Below are positions 9,391-17,447 of a stretch of DNA of 44,639 nt, piece by piece. The notes below the pieces were generated by a model that was not told where the DNA came from, searched no databases, and worked only from the letters and a program-made list of their open reading frames with translations. This stretch comes from Dehalococcoidia bacterium. GTDB taxonomy: Bacteria > Chloroflexota > Dehalococcoidia > DSTF01 > JACRBR01. Made by a program: the position numbers and the translations under genes. The stretch is taken from assembly GCA_036278595.1 (NCBI GenBank), contig DASUKS010000116.1, positions 1 through 44,639 on the forward strand, in the 5' to 3' direction. Every line of letters starts with the position of its first letter. The stretch's first letter is position 1.

Positions 9391-9576
9391 TCCGAAATGC
9401 GCAGCCGTGATCGGCTTCGGCGCCGATGAGCGCCGCTGCCCATTGTCCAGCGTCGATGCGGTGGCAGCGCGTCGTTCTTCACCGGCTGGTAACATCTCCC
9501 CCGCGAGCCCTCGCGTACAATAGTTGAAATCCCCAATCGTGCGCGGCCGTGCTTCGCCGCGCCCCGAAGGTGTCCC

Positions 9577-10326
9577 GTGAGTCGTCGTCTCCTCATCGCG
9601 CTGCCGCTCGTTGTCGTCGCGCTCCTCGTCGTGGCGGCCGGTAGTTGGTGGTTCTTCATCCGCGAATCCAACAGCCTGGCGACGAGCGCGCCGGCGATCC
9701 CCACCGAGCTCGTGGCGTCGACACCGGGCGCCGGCTCGACGCCGGATGCCGACGCGACGTCGGGCAGCGGCGCCCCGCGCGACGACCTGACGTTCGCGAT
9801 CCTGCCCGACCGATCTGACGCCTCGTACTTCGTCGGCGAGAAGCTCGCCGCCCTCCCGCTGCCATCGACCGCGAAGGGCTCGACGAGCGCCATCGCCGGC
9901 GCGTTCCGCCTGACGCCCTCCGGTGATCTCGACCCGTCGCAGCCGGCGACCTTCACCGTGGACCTGACGCAGCTCCGAAGCGACAAGGACATGCGCGATG
10001 CCCGCGTGCAGTCGCAGGGCCTGCAGACGCAGACCTTCCCGAAGGCCACCTTCACCGCGACGAAGGTGACCGGATGGGACGCGAGCGCGCCCGCCGGCCA
10101 GGAGCAGGACGTGCAGCTCACCGGCACGCTCGACCTGCACGGTGTGCAGAAGGAAGTGACGTGGGACGTCAAGGCGCGCCACGACGGCAACGTCATCACC
10201 GCGCTCGCCACCACCAACTTCAAGTTCGCCGACTTCGGCATCCCGATCCTGAACATCGCCGGCTTCGTCTCCATCCAGGACAACGTCACGCTCCAGATCC
10301 AGGTCGTCGCACAGAGTTCACAGTAG
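9577..10326 (+). CDS. YceI-like (polyisoprenoid-binding) domain protein with N-terminal membrane anchor
   Basis: GTG start after GAAGG. N-terminal TM segment LLIALPLVVVALLVVAAGSWWFFI. The C-terminal half, with VDLTQLRSDKDMRDARV, TGTLDLHGVQKEVTWDV and NFKFADFGI, follows the YceI lipocalin-like pattern. Confidence 0.8.
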   Translation: MSRRLLIALPLVVVALLVVAAGSWWFFIRESNSLATSAPAIPTELVASTPGAGSTPDADATSGSGAPRDDLTFAILPDRSDASYFVGEKLAALPLPSTAKGSTSAIAGAFRLTPSGDLDPSQPATFTVDLTQLRSDKDMRDARVQSQGLQTQTFPKATFTATKVTGWDASAPAGQEQDVQLTGTLDLHGVQKEVTWDVKARHDGNVITALATTNFKFADFGIPILNIAGFVSIQDNVTLQIQVVAQSSQ

Positions 10327-10483
10327 AGAGCGCACGCAGCCCGTAGCTCAGTTCAGAGTGAGTGGTGAATAGTTCATAGTAGTTCGCCCGGCCTGAAGAA
10401 CTGCACGCCTGGCGCCGCGCAGGCGAACGAATCCGCATCACCAACGACCCCCGCTCAAAACGCCAACCTCCGTCCATCGCACG

Positions 10484-10535
10484 CTCCCCTCTCCAGTCGT
10501 TGGAGAGGGGCGGGGGTGAGGTAGCGCGCAGCGCC
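10484..10535 (+). repeat. REP-like hairpin repeat, copy 1
   Basis: CCCCTCTCCA gtcgt TGGAGAGGGG (10-bp perfect stem, 10486-10510) followed by CGGGGGTGAGGTAGCGCGCAGCGCC. Near-identical to copy 2 at 12596-12651. Confidence 0.7.
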
Positions 10536-10640
10536 GGCACCGGCGTTTGAACCGGCAACCGTAGTGCCACCCGCCCCTCTGTGCTCCATCCGCCCTCGTC
10601 GCACAATGGCCGCAAACATCACCGACAGGAGGTGCGAGCG

Positions 10641-10934
10641 ATGCCGCGAGGAGGCCGCCGGCCGGGCGCGGGCGCGCGCAGAGGGAACTTCAACGCCCTC
10701 AAGTCCGGTAACAATTCGGAGAGGATGGCGCTCGTCTACGCGCGCTTGCTCATCGAGCCCGACAGACTCACCGTCGGCCGCGCCCTCGCCGAAGCCGGCA
10801 TGATCAAGCCGCCCCCGTGGCAGTTCCAGCGCAGCGACATCCCTCGCCTCATCGAGTTCCTCTGGCTCTACTGGTTTGATCGTTCCGAAGAAAACAATCA
10901 GAAACAATCGAAAACGATCAAGGACAATCAATGA
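10641..10934 (+). CDS. Small hypothetical protein (97 aa) with Arg/Gly-rich N-terminus
   Basis: ATG lies 8 nt after AGGAGG (10627-10632). Begins MPRGGRRPGAGARRGNFNALKSGNNSERM. It ends in an Asn/Gln/Lys-rich tail encoded by AACAATC-type oligomer repeats. The coding call is plausible but rests only on the strong SD and the ORF. Confidence 0.5.
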   Translation: MPRGGRRPGAGARRGNFNALKSGNNSERMALVYARLLIEPDRLTVGRALAEAGMIKPPPWQFQRSDIPRLIEFLWLYWFDRSEENNQKQSKTIKDNQ

Positions 10935-11132
10935 TCCAGCACCGCGCCGCCCCGCGCAGACGCTCCGCCAGATTCAGATCCTGCCCGTCACGCCCATCGA
11001 TCGCCCCACGAAGCGAAAAAAACGCGAAAAACCGAATATCGATCAAAACGCCAAAACGCCGCTGTCCACTGTGAACTGTGAACTGCGCACTGTGAACTGC
11101 CCACCGTGAACTGTGAACTCGCCGTGAACTCG

Positions 11133-12461
11133 CTACAGCACCGCCAGGTAACGGTCCAGCTCGAAGTCGCTCACGTGCTTCCGGTACGCGTCCCACTCGA
11201 TCGTCTTGTTCCGGATCAGGCTCTCGAACACGTGCGCGCCGAGCGCCTCCCGCGCGAAGTCGCTCGCCCCGAACGCCTCGATCGCCTCCTTCAGGCTGCC
11301 CGGGAGCGTGTCGATGCCGCGCGCCCGGCGCTCGGCGTCGCTCAACTCGAACGCGTTCTCCTCCGTCGGCTGCGCCAGCGGGTACTCGTTCTCGATGCCC
11401 TTCAACCCCGCCGCGAGCATCAGCGCGAACGCGAGGTACGGGTTGCACGCCGCGTCCGGCGCCCGGTACTCGAGGCGCGTCGCGACTTCCTTGCCGGGCT
11501 TGTATTCCGGCACGCGGACCAGGTCCGACCGGTTGCGCCGCGCCCACGTGATGTACACCGGCGCTTCGTAGCCGGGCATCAGCCGCTTATAGCTGTTCAC
11601 CCACTGGTTCGTCACGAGCGTGAACTCGGGCGCGTGCCGCAGCAGCCCCGCCATGTACGATTTCGCGATGGCCGACAGGTGATACTGGTCTTCGGCGTCG
11701 AAGAAGGCGTTGCGGTCGCCGTTGAACAGCGACTGGTGCGTGTGCATCCCGGAGCCGTTCTCGTCCGCGAGCGGCTTCGGCATGAACGTGGCGTAGACGC
11801 CGGACGCGAGCGCGACCTCCTTCACGACGAGCCGGTACGTCATCGCGCTGTCGGCCATCGTCAAGGCATCGGTGTAGCGCAGATCGATCTCGTGCTGGCT
11901 CGGCGCGACCTCGTGGTGGCTGTACTCGACGCCGATGCCCATCTCCTCGAGCGTGAGCACGGTCTGGCGGCGCAGGTCGCTCGCGACGTCGAGCGGCGTC
12001 AGGTCGAAGTAGCCGCCCTTGTCGAGCCCCTCCGGCCGGTCGCTCGTCTTGAAGTAGAAGAACTCCAGCTCCGGACCGACGTAGAACGTGTAGCCGAGGT
12101 CGGCGGCGCGCTTGAGCTGCCGCTTCAGCACGAAGCGCGGGTCGCCCTCGAACGGCGTGCCGTCGGGCATCTGGATGTCGCAGAACATGCGGGCGACGCC
12201 GCGCTCGCGGGGGCGCCACGGCAGCACCTGGAACGTCGTCGGGTCCGGCATCGCGACCATGTCCGACTCGTCGATGCGCGCGAAGCCTTCGATGCTGGAG
12301 CCGTCGAAGCCCTGCCCCTCCTCCATCGCCTGCTCGAGCTCCTCGACGGTGATCGCGAAGCTCTTGAGCGAGCCGAGGATGTCCGTGAACCACAGCCGGA
12401 TGAACTTGATGTCCTGGTCACGGCAGGCCTGCAGTACGTAGAGTTTGGGGTCATCAATCAT
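11133..12461 (-). CDS. glnA: Glutamine synthetase, type I (GSI-alpha-like)
   Basis: 442 aa with FIRLWFTDILG, GFDGSSIEGF, MPKP..DENGSGMHTHQSLF and NRSDLVRVP, canonical GSI motifs. The position corresponding to the adenylylated Tyr of GSI-beta (NLYDL) appears to read NAFEL here, by eye. GGAG lies 8 nt before the ATG. Confidence 0.95.
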   Translation of the reverse strand: MIDDPKLYVLQACRDQDIKFIRLWFTDILGSLKSFAITVEELEQAMEEGQGFDGSSIEGFARIDESDMVAMPDPTTFQVLPWRPRERGVARMFCDIQMPDGTPFEGDPRFVLKRQLKRAADLGYTFYVGPELEFFYFKTSDRPEGLDKGGYFDLTPLDVASDLRRQTVLTLEEMGIGVEYSHHEVAPSQHEIDLRYTDALTMADSAMTYRLVVKEVALASGVYATFMPKPLADENGSGMHTHQSLFNGDRNAFFDAEDQYHLSAIAKSYMAGLLRHAPEFTLVTNQWVNSYKRLMPGYEAPVYITWARRNRSDLVRVPEYKPGKEVATRLEYRAPDAACNPYLAFALMLAAGLKGIENEYPLAQPTEENAFELSDAERRARGIDTLPGSLKEAIEAFGASDFAREALGAHVFESLIRNKTIEWDAYRKHVSDFELDRYLAVL

Positions 12462-12595
12462 TGGTCGCGCTCCGTCATCCGCCGCACATTGTATCGATGC
12501 AATCGTGCGTGCGGAGCCGCGCGTAAGCCTGCGACGTGGGACGTAACACGAAGTTCACGTACAACCGTCCGCCCACCCGATTGCCGATCTGAGAC

Positions 12596-12651
12596 TCCCC
12601 CTCTCCAAAAATTTGGAGAGGGGGGCTGGGGGTGAGGTGGCGCGCAGCGCC
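12596..12651 (+). repeat. REP-like hairpin repeat, copy 2
   Basis: CCCCCTCTCCAAA aa TTTGGAGAGGGGG (13-bp stem) followed by GCTGGGGGTGAGGTGGCGCGCAGCGCC. Same orientation as copy 1. Lies in the glnA-hxlR divergent spacer. Confidence 0.7.
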
Positions 12652-12689
12652 CGTGCGCGCGTGAGTGCATGATCGCCTCAGCTTTGGGA

Positions 12690-12727
12690 GTCACTTGCAA
12701 TCCGCAATCGACCGGCCGTAGAGTGAC
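12690..12727 (+). promoter_or_regulatory. Candidate hxlR promoter with overlapping inverted repeat
   Basis: TTGCAA (12695-12700), 18-nt spacer, TAGAGT (12719-12724). The inverted repeat GTCACT (12690-12695) / AGTGAC (12722-12727) brackets both hexamers. GGGAGG and ATG 12742 follow. Confidence 0.45.
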
Positions 12728-12741
12728 GGCGGGAGGCTGGT

Positions 12742-13203
12742 ATGGCGAAGGAGTACGGGCTGCCGTGCCCGGTGGCGAAGACGCTCGACATCATCGGCGA
12801 CCGCTGGACGCTACTCATCGTGCGGGACCTGCTCACGCTGGGCCCGAGGAAGTACGTCGAGCTGTCGCAGTCGCTGCAGGGCATCGCCCCGAACGTGCTG
12901 TCCGACCGGCTGAAGCAGCTCGAGGCGCACGGCATCATTGAGCGCGAGTTCTACGAAGAGCACCCGCCCCGCGCGCGCTACCGCCTGACGCGCAAGGGCG
13001 TCGACTTGCGTACGGTGATGCTGGCGCTGATGCAGTGGGGGAACCGCCACCTGTACGACGGCGTCACGGCGGTCCACGAGCCCTGCGGCCATGAGCTACG
13101 CCTCGAAGCATCGTGCCCTGAGTGCGATGTCCCGGTCCCCGGCCGCGAGGTGCGGATGAAGTACCGCCGCCGCGAAGCCGCGCGCGCGGTCGGGCTCGAA
13201 TAA
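12742..13203 (+). CDS. HxlR-family winged-helix transcriptional regulator with Cys/His C-terminal extension
   Basis: CPVAKTLDIIGDRWTLLIVRDL, PRKYVELSQSL.GIAPNVLSDRLKQLE.HGII.R and RY.LT.KG form the canonical HxlR signature. The extra C-terminal roughly 45 aa contains CGH-x7-CPEC. Confidence 0.88.
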   Translation: MAKEYGLPCPVAKTLDIIGDRWTLLIVRDLLTLGPRKYVELSQSLQGIAPNVLSDRLKQLEAHGIIEREFYEEHPPRARYRLTRKGVDLRTVMLALMQWGNRHLYDGVTAVHEPCGHELRLEASCPECDVPVPGREVRMKYRRREAARAVGLE

Positions 13204-13257
13204 CGCGAAGCGCCGCTCAATCAGACGCCACGCTGAACGCCAGCATCGCTTCGGTGG

Positions 13258-13314
13258 TTGACAAACAGCCGCTGCGTCATGCAGAATCGTAGTCACTATG
13301 AAATACATAGCGAC
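13258..13314 (+). promoter_or_regulatory. Candidate promoter plus AT-rich palindromic operator
   Basis: TTGACA (13258-13263), 18-nt spacer, CAGAAT (13282-13287). Immediately downstream is the palindrome GTCA-CTATG-aaata-CATAG-CGAC (13292-13314). This is conspicuously AT-rich in a GC-rich genome. Confidence 0.45.
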
Positions 13315-13323
13315 CGGAGATGC

Positions 13324-13539
13324 ATGATGGACATCGACCTGATGCTGGAAGCGGTGCAGGCGGAGCGCGACATGGTGGCAAACAGGCTGCAGGAGGCGAA
13401 GCGCGTGCGGTCGGTGCTCAATGCCGGCTTCTCGACGCGGGGCCGAAGTCGGCACGCGGCATCCGGCCTGCGACACGCTGTCGCGCACGCGCTCTCCCTC
13501 GGTCACGCACGCGTCATCCACGAGCACCCGGCGTACTGA
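13324..13539 (+). CDS. Small hypothetical protein (71 aa)
   Basis: ATG lies after GGAG (13316-13319). This frame has a strong G/C third-position bias, unlike the overlapping frame 13320..13604. No recognisable motif (MMDIDLMLEAVQAERDMVANRLQEAKRV...). Confidence 0.45.
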   Translation: MMDIDLMLEAVQAERDMVANRLQEAKRVRSVLNAGFSTRGRSRHAASGLRHAVAHALSLGHARVIHEHPAY

Positions 13540-13670
13540 GCCCGGTGCCGCTCACTTCGGTCAGCCAACCGCGGAGCCAGCGCAAAGTTGGGACTCCGCG
13601 CTGACCCACGGCACGCGACTCCATCTTCCAGCCTCGCGTAAATGCCCGCGCGAGCGGTCATACCACCCGC

Positions 13671-13699
13671 TTGCTAGACCCAAACTACGCGCTTATGTA
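13671..13699 (+). promoter_or_regulatory. Candidate sigma-70-type promoter of etfBA
   Basis: TTGCTA (13671-13676), 17-nt spacer, TATGTA (13694-13699), about 95 nt upstream of the etfB start. Confidence 0.4.
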
Positions 13700-13794
13700 C
13701 CTTGTAGCGGCCTCTGAGGCCTCGGTCTGACGCCTCATGGCGCCCCCGGACCAATCGTGGCATTCGCACATTCTGCCCAAAGGGAGGGACGAAG

Positions 13795-14589
13795 TTGCAT
13801 ATTGTCGTCTGCGTCAAGCAGGTCCCCGACTGGGATATCCCGCCCGCGAGCTTCAAGGTCGACGAAGCCGCGAAGAAGGTCGTGCCGCCCCCCGGCGTCG
13901 CGCCCGTCCCGAGCCAATTCGACGCTATCGCCGTCGAGGCGGCGATGAAGATCAAAGACGCCGTCGCCGACACGAAGATCACTGTCATGAGCCTCGGCGC
14001 CGCCACTGCGCGCGACGTCATCAAGCACGGCCTGGCAATGGGCGGCGACGAGGGCGTGCTATTGGTCGATGACGCGTTCAACGACCTCGACAGCACGGGA
14101 ACGGCGAAGGTGCTCTCGTCGGCGATCAAGAAGCTGGGCGACGTCGACCTCGTGCTCACCGGGCGCCAGGCCGTCGACTGGGACCTTGGCGTCACGGGCA
14201 CGCTCATCGCCGAGATGCTCGGCGCGCCGGTGATCACGTTCGCGAAGTCAGTGAACGTCGCGAACGGCAACGTGACGGTCGAGCGCGTGCTGCCGGACGC
14301 CTTCGAGACGGTCGAGGCGCCGCTGCCGGCGGTCGTCACGGTCAGCAACGAACTGGGCGAGCCGCGCTATCCGAAGCTGCAGCAGATCATGCAGGCAGCG
14401 CGCAAGCAGGTGAACCAGTGGGGCGCCGCGGACATCGGGCTGTCGAAGGACGACCTCGCCCCGCGCCTGACGCTCGAGCAACTGTTCGTGCCGGTCGTCG
14501 ACACGAAGGTCGAGCTGATGGAGGGCGACTCGCCGGAGGACCAGGCGATGGCGCTCGCCCGCCGGCTCAAGGAAGCGAAGCTGATCTAG
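13795..14589 (+). CDS. etfB: Electron transfer flavoprotein beta subunit
   Basis: TTG start 6 nt after AGGGAGGGA. The MHIVVCVKQVPD N-terminus is diagnostic of EtfB/FixA. 264 aa. Confidence 0.92.
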   Translation: MHIVVCVKQVPDWDIPPASFKVDEAAKKVVPPPGVAPVPSQFDAIAVEAAMKIKDAVADTKITVMSLGAATARDVIKHGLAMGGDEGVLLVDDAFNDLDSTGTAKVLSSAIKKLGDVDLVLTGRQAVDWDLGVTGTLIAEMLGAPVITFAKSVNVANGNVTVERVLPDAFETVEAPLPAVVTVSNELGEPRYPKLQQIMQAARKQVNQWGAADIGLSKDDLAPRLTLEQLFVPVVDTKVELMEGDSPEDQAMALARRLKEAKLI

Positions 14590-14630
14590 CGCGCGGCCGG
14601 ATCCCGGCGCGAAGGACGGAGAGAACGAAT

Positions 14631-15593
14631 ATGCCAAACGGAGTGCTCATCCTGGCGGAGCTCGTCGATGGCGAGCTGGCGCCGATCACGCAGGAGCTCG
14701 TCGGCGCGGCGCAGCGCCTGAACGCCGGCCCGGTCTCGGCGATGCTGCTCGGTTCGGGGATCGAAGCCAGCGCTTCGAAGATCAGCGGTGTCGAGAAGGT
14801 GTACGTCGTCGACAACCCGGGGCTCGCCGAGTACACAAACGAGGCGTACACCGAAGCGGCCGCCGCCGTCGCGAAGCAGGCAGACCCGGCGATCATCCTG
14901 CTCGGCCAGACGAACATCGGTCGAGACCTGGGCCCGGCGCTCGCGTACAAGCTCGACACCGCGGTCGCCATGGACACGATCGCGCTGGAGATGAAGGACG
15001 GCAAGCTCCATACCACGCGGCCGGCGTACGGCGGCAACGCGCGCGCGGTAAACAGCTTCTCCGGCACGCCCGCGGTCGCGACGGTGCGGCCGAAGTCGCA
15101 GGACACGGCAGAAGGCGGTGCGGCCGGGGAGGTCGTGAAGGTCGACTTCACGCCAGCGGGCGTGCGGGCGAAGGTCATCGATCGCAAGGTCGCGACGGCC
15201 GAAGGCGTGCGGCTCGAGGACGCGGACGTCGTCGTAACCGGCGGCCGCGGGCTCGGCGGCCCGGAGGGCTTCGAGGGCATCGAGGAGCTCGCGCACATCC
15301 TCGGCGGCGCAGTCGGCGCGAGCCGTGCCGTGGCCGACCTCGGCTGGCGGCCGGTCGCCGAGCAGGTAGGCCTGACCGGCAAGGTGGTGAGTCCGACGAT
15401 CTACATCGCGGTCGCGGTGTCGGGCGCGAGCCAGCACATGGCGGGCTGCAGCGGCTCGAAGAACATTGTCGCGATCAACAAGGACCCGGATGCCAACATC
15501 TTCAAGGCGGCGCGGTTCGGTATCGTGGGCGACTACAAGCAGGTGCTGCCGGCGTTCATCGAGGCGGTGAAGAAGGTGAAGGCCGAAGGGTAG
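14631..15593 (+). CDS. etfA: Electron transfer flavoprotein alpha subunit
   Basis: Internal ATG of ORF 14418..15593, preceded by GAAGGACGGAGAG. Contains [47 protein letters not shown] and [13 protein letters not shown], the EtfA FAD-binding signature. Confidence 0.92.
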   Translation: MPNGVLILAELVDGELAPITQELVGAAQRLNAGPVSAMLLGSGIEASASKISGVEKVYVVDNPGLAEYTNEAYTEAAAAVAKQADPAIILLGQTNIGRDLGPALAYKLDTAVAMDTIALEMKDGKLHTTRPAYGGNARAVNSFSGTPAVATVRPKSQDTAEGGAAGEVVKVDFTPAGVRAKVIDRKVATAEGVRLEDADVVVTGGRGLGGPEGFEGIEELAHILGGAVGASRAVADLGWRPVAEQVGLTGKVVSPTIYIAVAVSGASQHMAGCSGSKNIVAINKDPDANIFKAARFGIVGDYKQVLPAFIEAVKKVKAEG

Positions 15594-15633
15594 GGCGCTG
15601 CTCGCCGCGCGCCCGGGTTCTCGCCAGGATGGT

Positions 15634-15664
15634 GGAGGCGGGCGTATTGCCCGCCTCTTTCTTC
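15634..15664 (+). terminator. Intrinsic terminator after etfA
   Basis: GGAGGCGGGC gtatt GCCCGCCTC stem-loop followed by TTTCTTC, 40 nt after the etfA stop. Confidence 0.7.
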
Positions 15665-15734
15665 GCTGCGCGGTACCGCTCCCCCGCTCCTCGTCGAGAG
15701 GGATCGGCGAGATGGCTCGCAGGCATGAGGGCGT

Positions 15735-16118
15735 ATGGAGCCGGTAGAAGTCGACATCGCTGGCGACGTCGTCGAGCGGCAAGAGCTGCTGAACGGCATG
15801 CAGATCCTCACCCTCGAGGGAGCGAGCGACGACGGAGCCTGGACGCTGGTCGGCGGGCTCTCCTGGAACATCGGCCTGCGCGCGCTGCCGCCGGAGGGCG
15901 ACATCACCCTCTCGCACGAGAGCAGCGGTGAGCTGTTCGGGACGCTCGCGAGCGGTGAGGTACGCCAAGCGGAGGCGGCAGACGAGGCGGACTACGCGCT
16001 CGCGCTCGAGTACGAGGTCGACGGCGGCGAAGGCGTCTACGCAGGAGCGAGCGGACGCCTGCGCGTCGAGGGCGTGCTGTTCGGCGATGCGTTCCGCGTG
16101 AGCGTGCGGTTGGGTTGA
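15735..16118 (+). CDS. Hypothetical acidic protein (127 aa)
   Basis: Strong G/C third-position bias consistent with real coding. No signal peptide, TM segment or recognisable motif. Confidence 0.5.
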   Translation: MEPVEVDIAGDVVERQELLNGMQILTLEGASDDGAWTLVGGLSWNIGLRALPPEGDITLSHESSGELFGTLASGEVRQAEAADEADYALALEYEVDGGEGVYAGASGRLRVEGVLFGDAFRVSVRLG

Positions 16119-16186
16119 TCAGCAGACTACGCTGACGCTTCCGAGCATCGCGGGGTGCCATCGCGTGCGGTTGTTACGCTTATCGA

Positions 16187-17365
16187 ATGGGACACCATGA
16201 CCTGCTCGTAGACCTGGTGGTCGCGGTCGCACTGGCGATGGTCGGGGGCTGGATCGCCGCGCGCATCGGGCTGAGTTCGATCATCGGCTACATCGTCGCG
16301 GGGTTGGTGATCAGTCCGTTCACGCCGGGCTTCGCCGGCAACCTCGACCAGTTGCGGCTCGTCGCGGAGATCGGCGTGGTGCTGCTGCTGTTCAGCATCG
16401 GCGTCCACTTCTCGTTCGAGGACCTGCGCAGCGTGCGGCCGGCGATCGCGGCCGCGGCCGTCGTCCAGGTGACGAGCGTGGCCGCCGCCGGGTTCGCGAT
16501 CGGGGCGGTGGCAGGCTGGGGGCGCGATCAGTCATTGTTCGCGGGCGCCGCCATTGCAATCAGCAGCAGCGCCGTCATCGTCAAGCTTCTGTCGGACCGG
16601 AATGACATCGAGAGCGAGCGCGGCCAACTCGCGGTTGCGTGGTCGATCGTCGAAGACCTGTGCGCCGTCGTGGCCGTCGCCGTGCTGGTGGCCGTCACGG
16701 GCGAAGGCGGGGTGGCGGCGTCGGTTGGCATCGCGAGCGCGAAGGCGATCGGATTCGTGGCGGTCGCGCTGGTCCTTGGCATTCGCGTCATCCCGTGGGT
16801 GCTCGAGCGGATGGCCGAGGTCGCGCCTTCGGAGGTGTTCATCCTGGGCATCACCGTGCTCGCGCTAGGGATGGCGCTCGGATCGGAGCGCGTCGGGCTG
16901 TCGATCGCGTTCGGCGCCTTCCTCGCCGGGATGATGGTGAGCGAGAGCAACGTCTCCCATGAGATCCTCGAGAAGCTGCTGCCGGCCCGTGATGTCTTCG
17001 CGGCGCTGTTCTTCGTGTCGGTCGGGATGCTTATCGACCCTTCGGTGATCCGGGACAACATCGCCATCGCGGTGGGGTTGCTCGCCGCGATGGTCGTGCT
17101 CAAGGGCGTCGTGACGTGGGTGTTGCTTCGGCTCGTTGGATATCAGTCGGACTCCGCGGCGCGGATCGCAGCGCTGCTGTCCCAGGCAGGCGAATTCTCC
17201 TTCGTTGTCGCCGGTATCGGCCTCGATCGGCGGGTGGTCGATAGTGACATCTTCTCGCTGGTCGTCGCGGCCACCGCGATCAGCATGGCGCTGACGCCGG
17301 GTCTCACGCTGCTCGTCAACCGGCGGACGGGCCTGGACTCTCAGGTGCTCGCCCGCTCCGCGTGA
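16187..17365 (+). CDS. Cation:proton antiporter, CPA2 (Kef-type membrane domain, no RCK/TrkA-N domain)
   Basis: 392 aa polytopic protein. LSSIIGYIVAGLVISPFTPG and EIGVVLLLFSIGVHFS match the Na+/H+ exchanger family N-terminal signature. Confidence 0.85.
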   Translation: MGHHDLLVDLVVAVALAMVGGWIAARIGLSSIIGYIVAGLVISPFTPGFAGNLDQLRLVAEIGVVLLLFSIGVHFSFEDLRSVRPAIAAAAVVQVTSVAAAGFAIGAVAGWGRDQSLFAGAAIAISSSAVIVKLLSDRNDIESERGQLAVAWSIVEDLCAVVAVAVLVAVTGEGGVAASVGIASAKAIGFVAVALVLGIRVIPWVLERMAEVAPSEVFILGITVLALGMALGSERVGLSIAFGAFLAGMMVSESNVSHEILEKLLPARDVFAALFFVSVGMLIDPSVIRDNIAIAVGLLAAMVVLKGVVTWVLLRLVGYQSDSAARIAALLSQAGEFSFVVAGIGLDRRVVDSDIFSLVVAATAISMALTPGLTLLVNRRTGLDSQVLARSA

Positions 17366-17447
17366 ACCGCCGGCTGGCGGCGCGTCCCGGGCGCGTCAAT
17401 TTCGTGCGATTGTTGCCGGCGGGCCGCGGCGGCGACAATGAAGGGAG

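Larger units (their letters stand above)
10315..11130. mobile_element. Candidate 0.8-kb repeat-bounded element (inverted GTTCAC/GTGAAC oligomer arrays enclosing a REP hairpin and a small ORF)
   Basis: The left boundary has AGTTCACAGT (10315), GTTCAGAGT (10351) and AGTTCATAGT (10371). The right boundary has six GTGAAC copies at 11071, 11078, 11092, 11106, 11113 and 11124, which are the reverse complement of the left motif. The interior is locally AT-richer than the flanks. A diverged second copy of the interior lies at 23470-23780 on the opposite strand. Confidence 0.35.

Noticed and set aside
10876-11109. 77-aa ORF (MIVPKKTIRNNRKRSRTIND...) as a gene
   Set aside because: Its translation is dominated by oligomer repeats (AACAATC, GTGAAC) and A-tracts, giving low-complexity basic peptide. 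It overlaps the end of the better-supported 10641..10934 ORF.
11068-11130. GTGAAC repeat cluster as a CRISPR array
   Set aside because: The repeat unit is only 6-7 nt with 1-8 nt between copies. There are no spacer-sized unique segments and no cas genes in the window.
12540-12565. GTAACACGAAGTTCACGT upstream of glnA as a GlnR/TnrA-type nitrogen operator
   Set aside because: It matches neither the TGTNA-N7-TNACA consensus nor the actinobacterial gTnAc-n6-GaAAc consensus when checked base by base. It is noted only because it contains the GTGAAC/GTTCAC motif.
11106-12635. 509-aa plus-strand ORF over the glnA locus
   Set aside because: It is antisense to a textbook glutamine synthetase. Its translation is Arg/Leu/Val-rich with no recognisable domain.
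14418-14630. Upstream extensions of etfA (14418), sufC (24380), sufS (28450), czcD (19688) and sufT (30291) given by the ORF track
   Set aside because: In each case the extension overlaps the preceding gene in another frame and is Arg/Gly/Pro-rich. An internal ATG with an SD or a stop/start overlap matches the family N-terminus.
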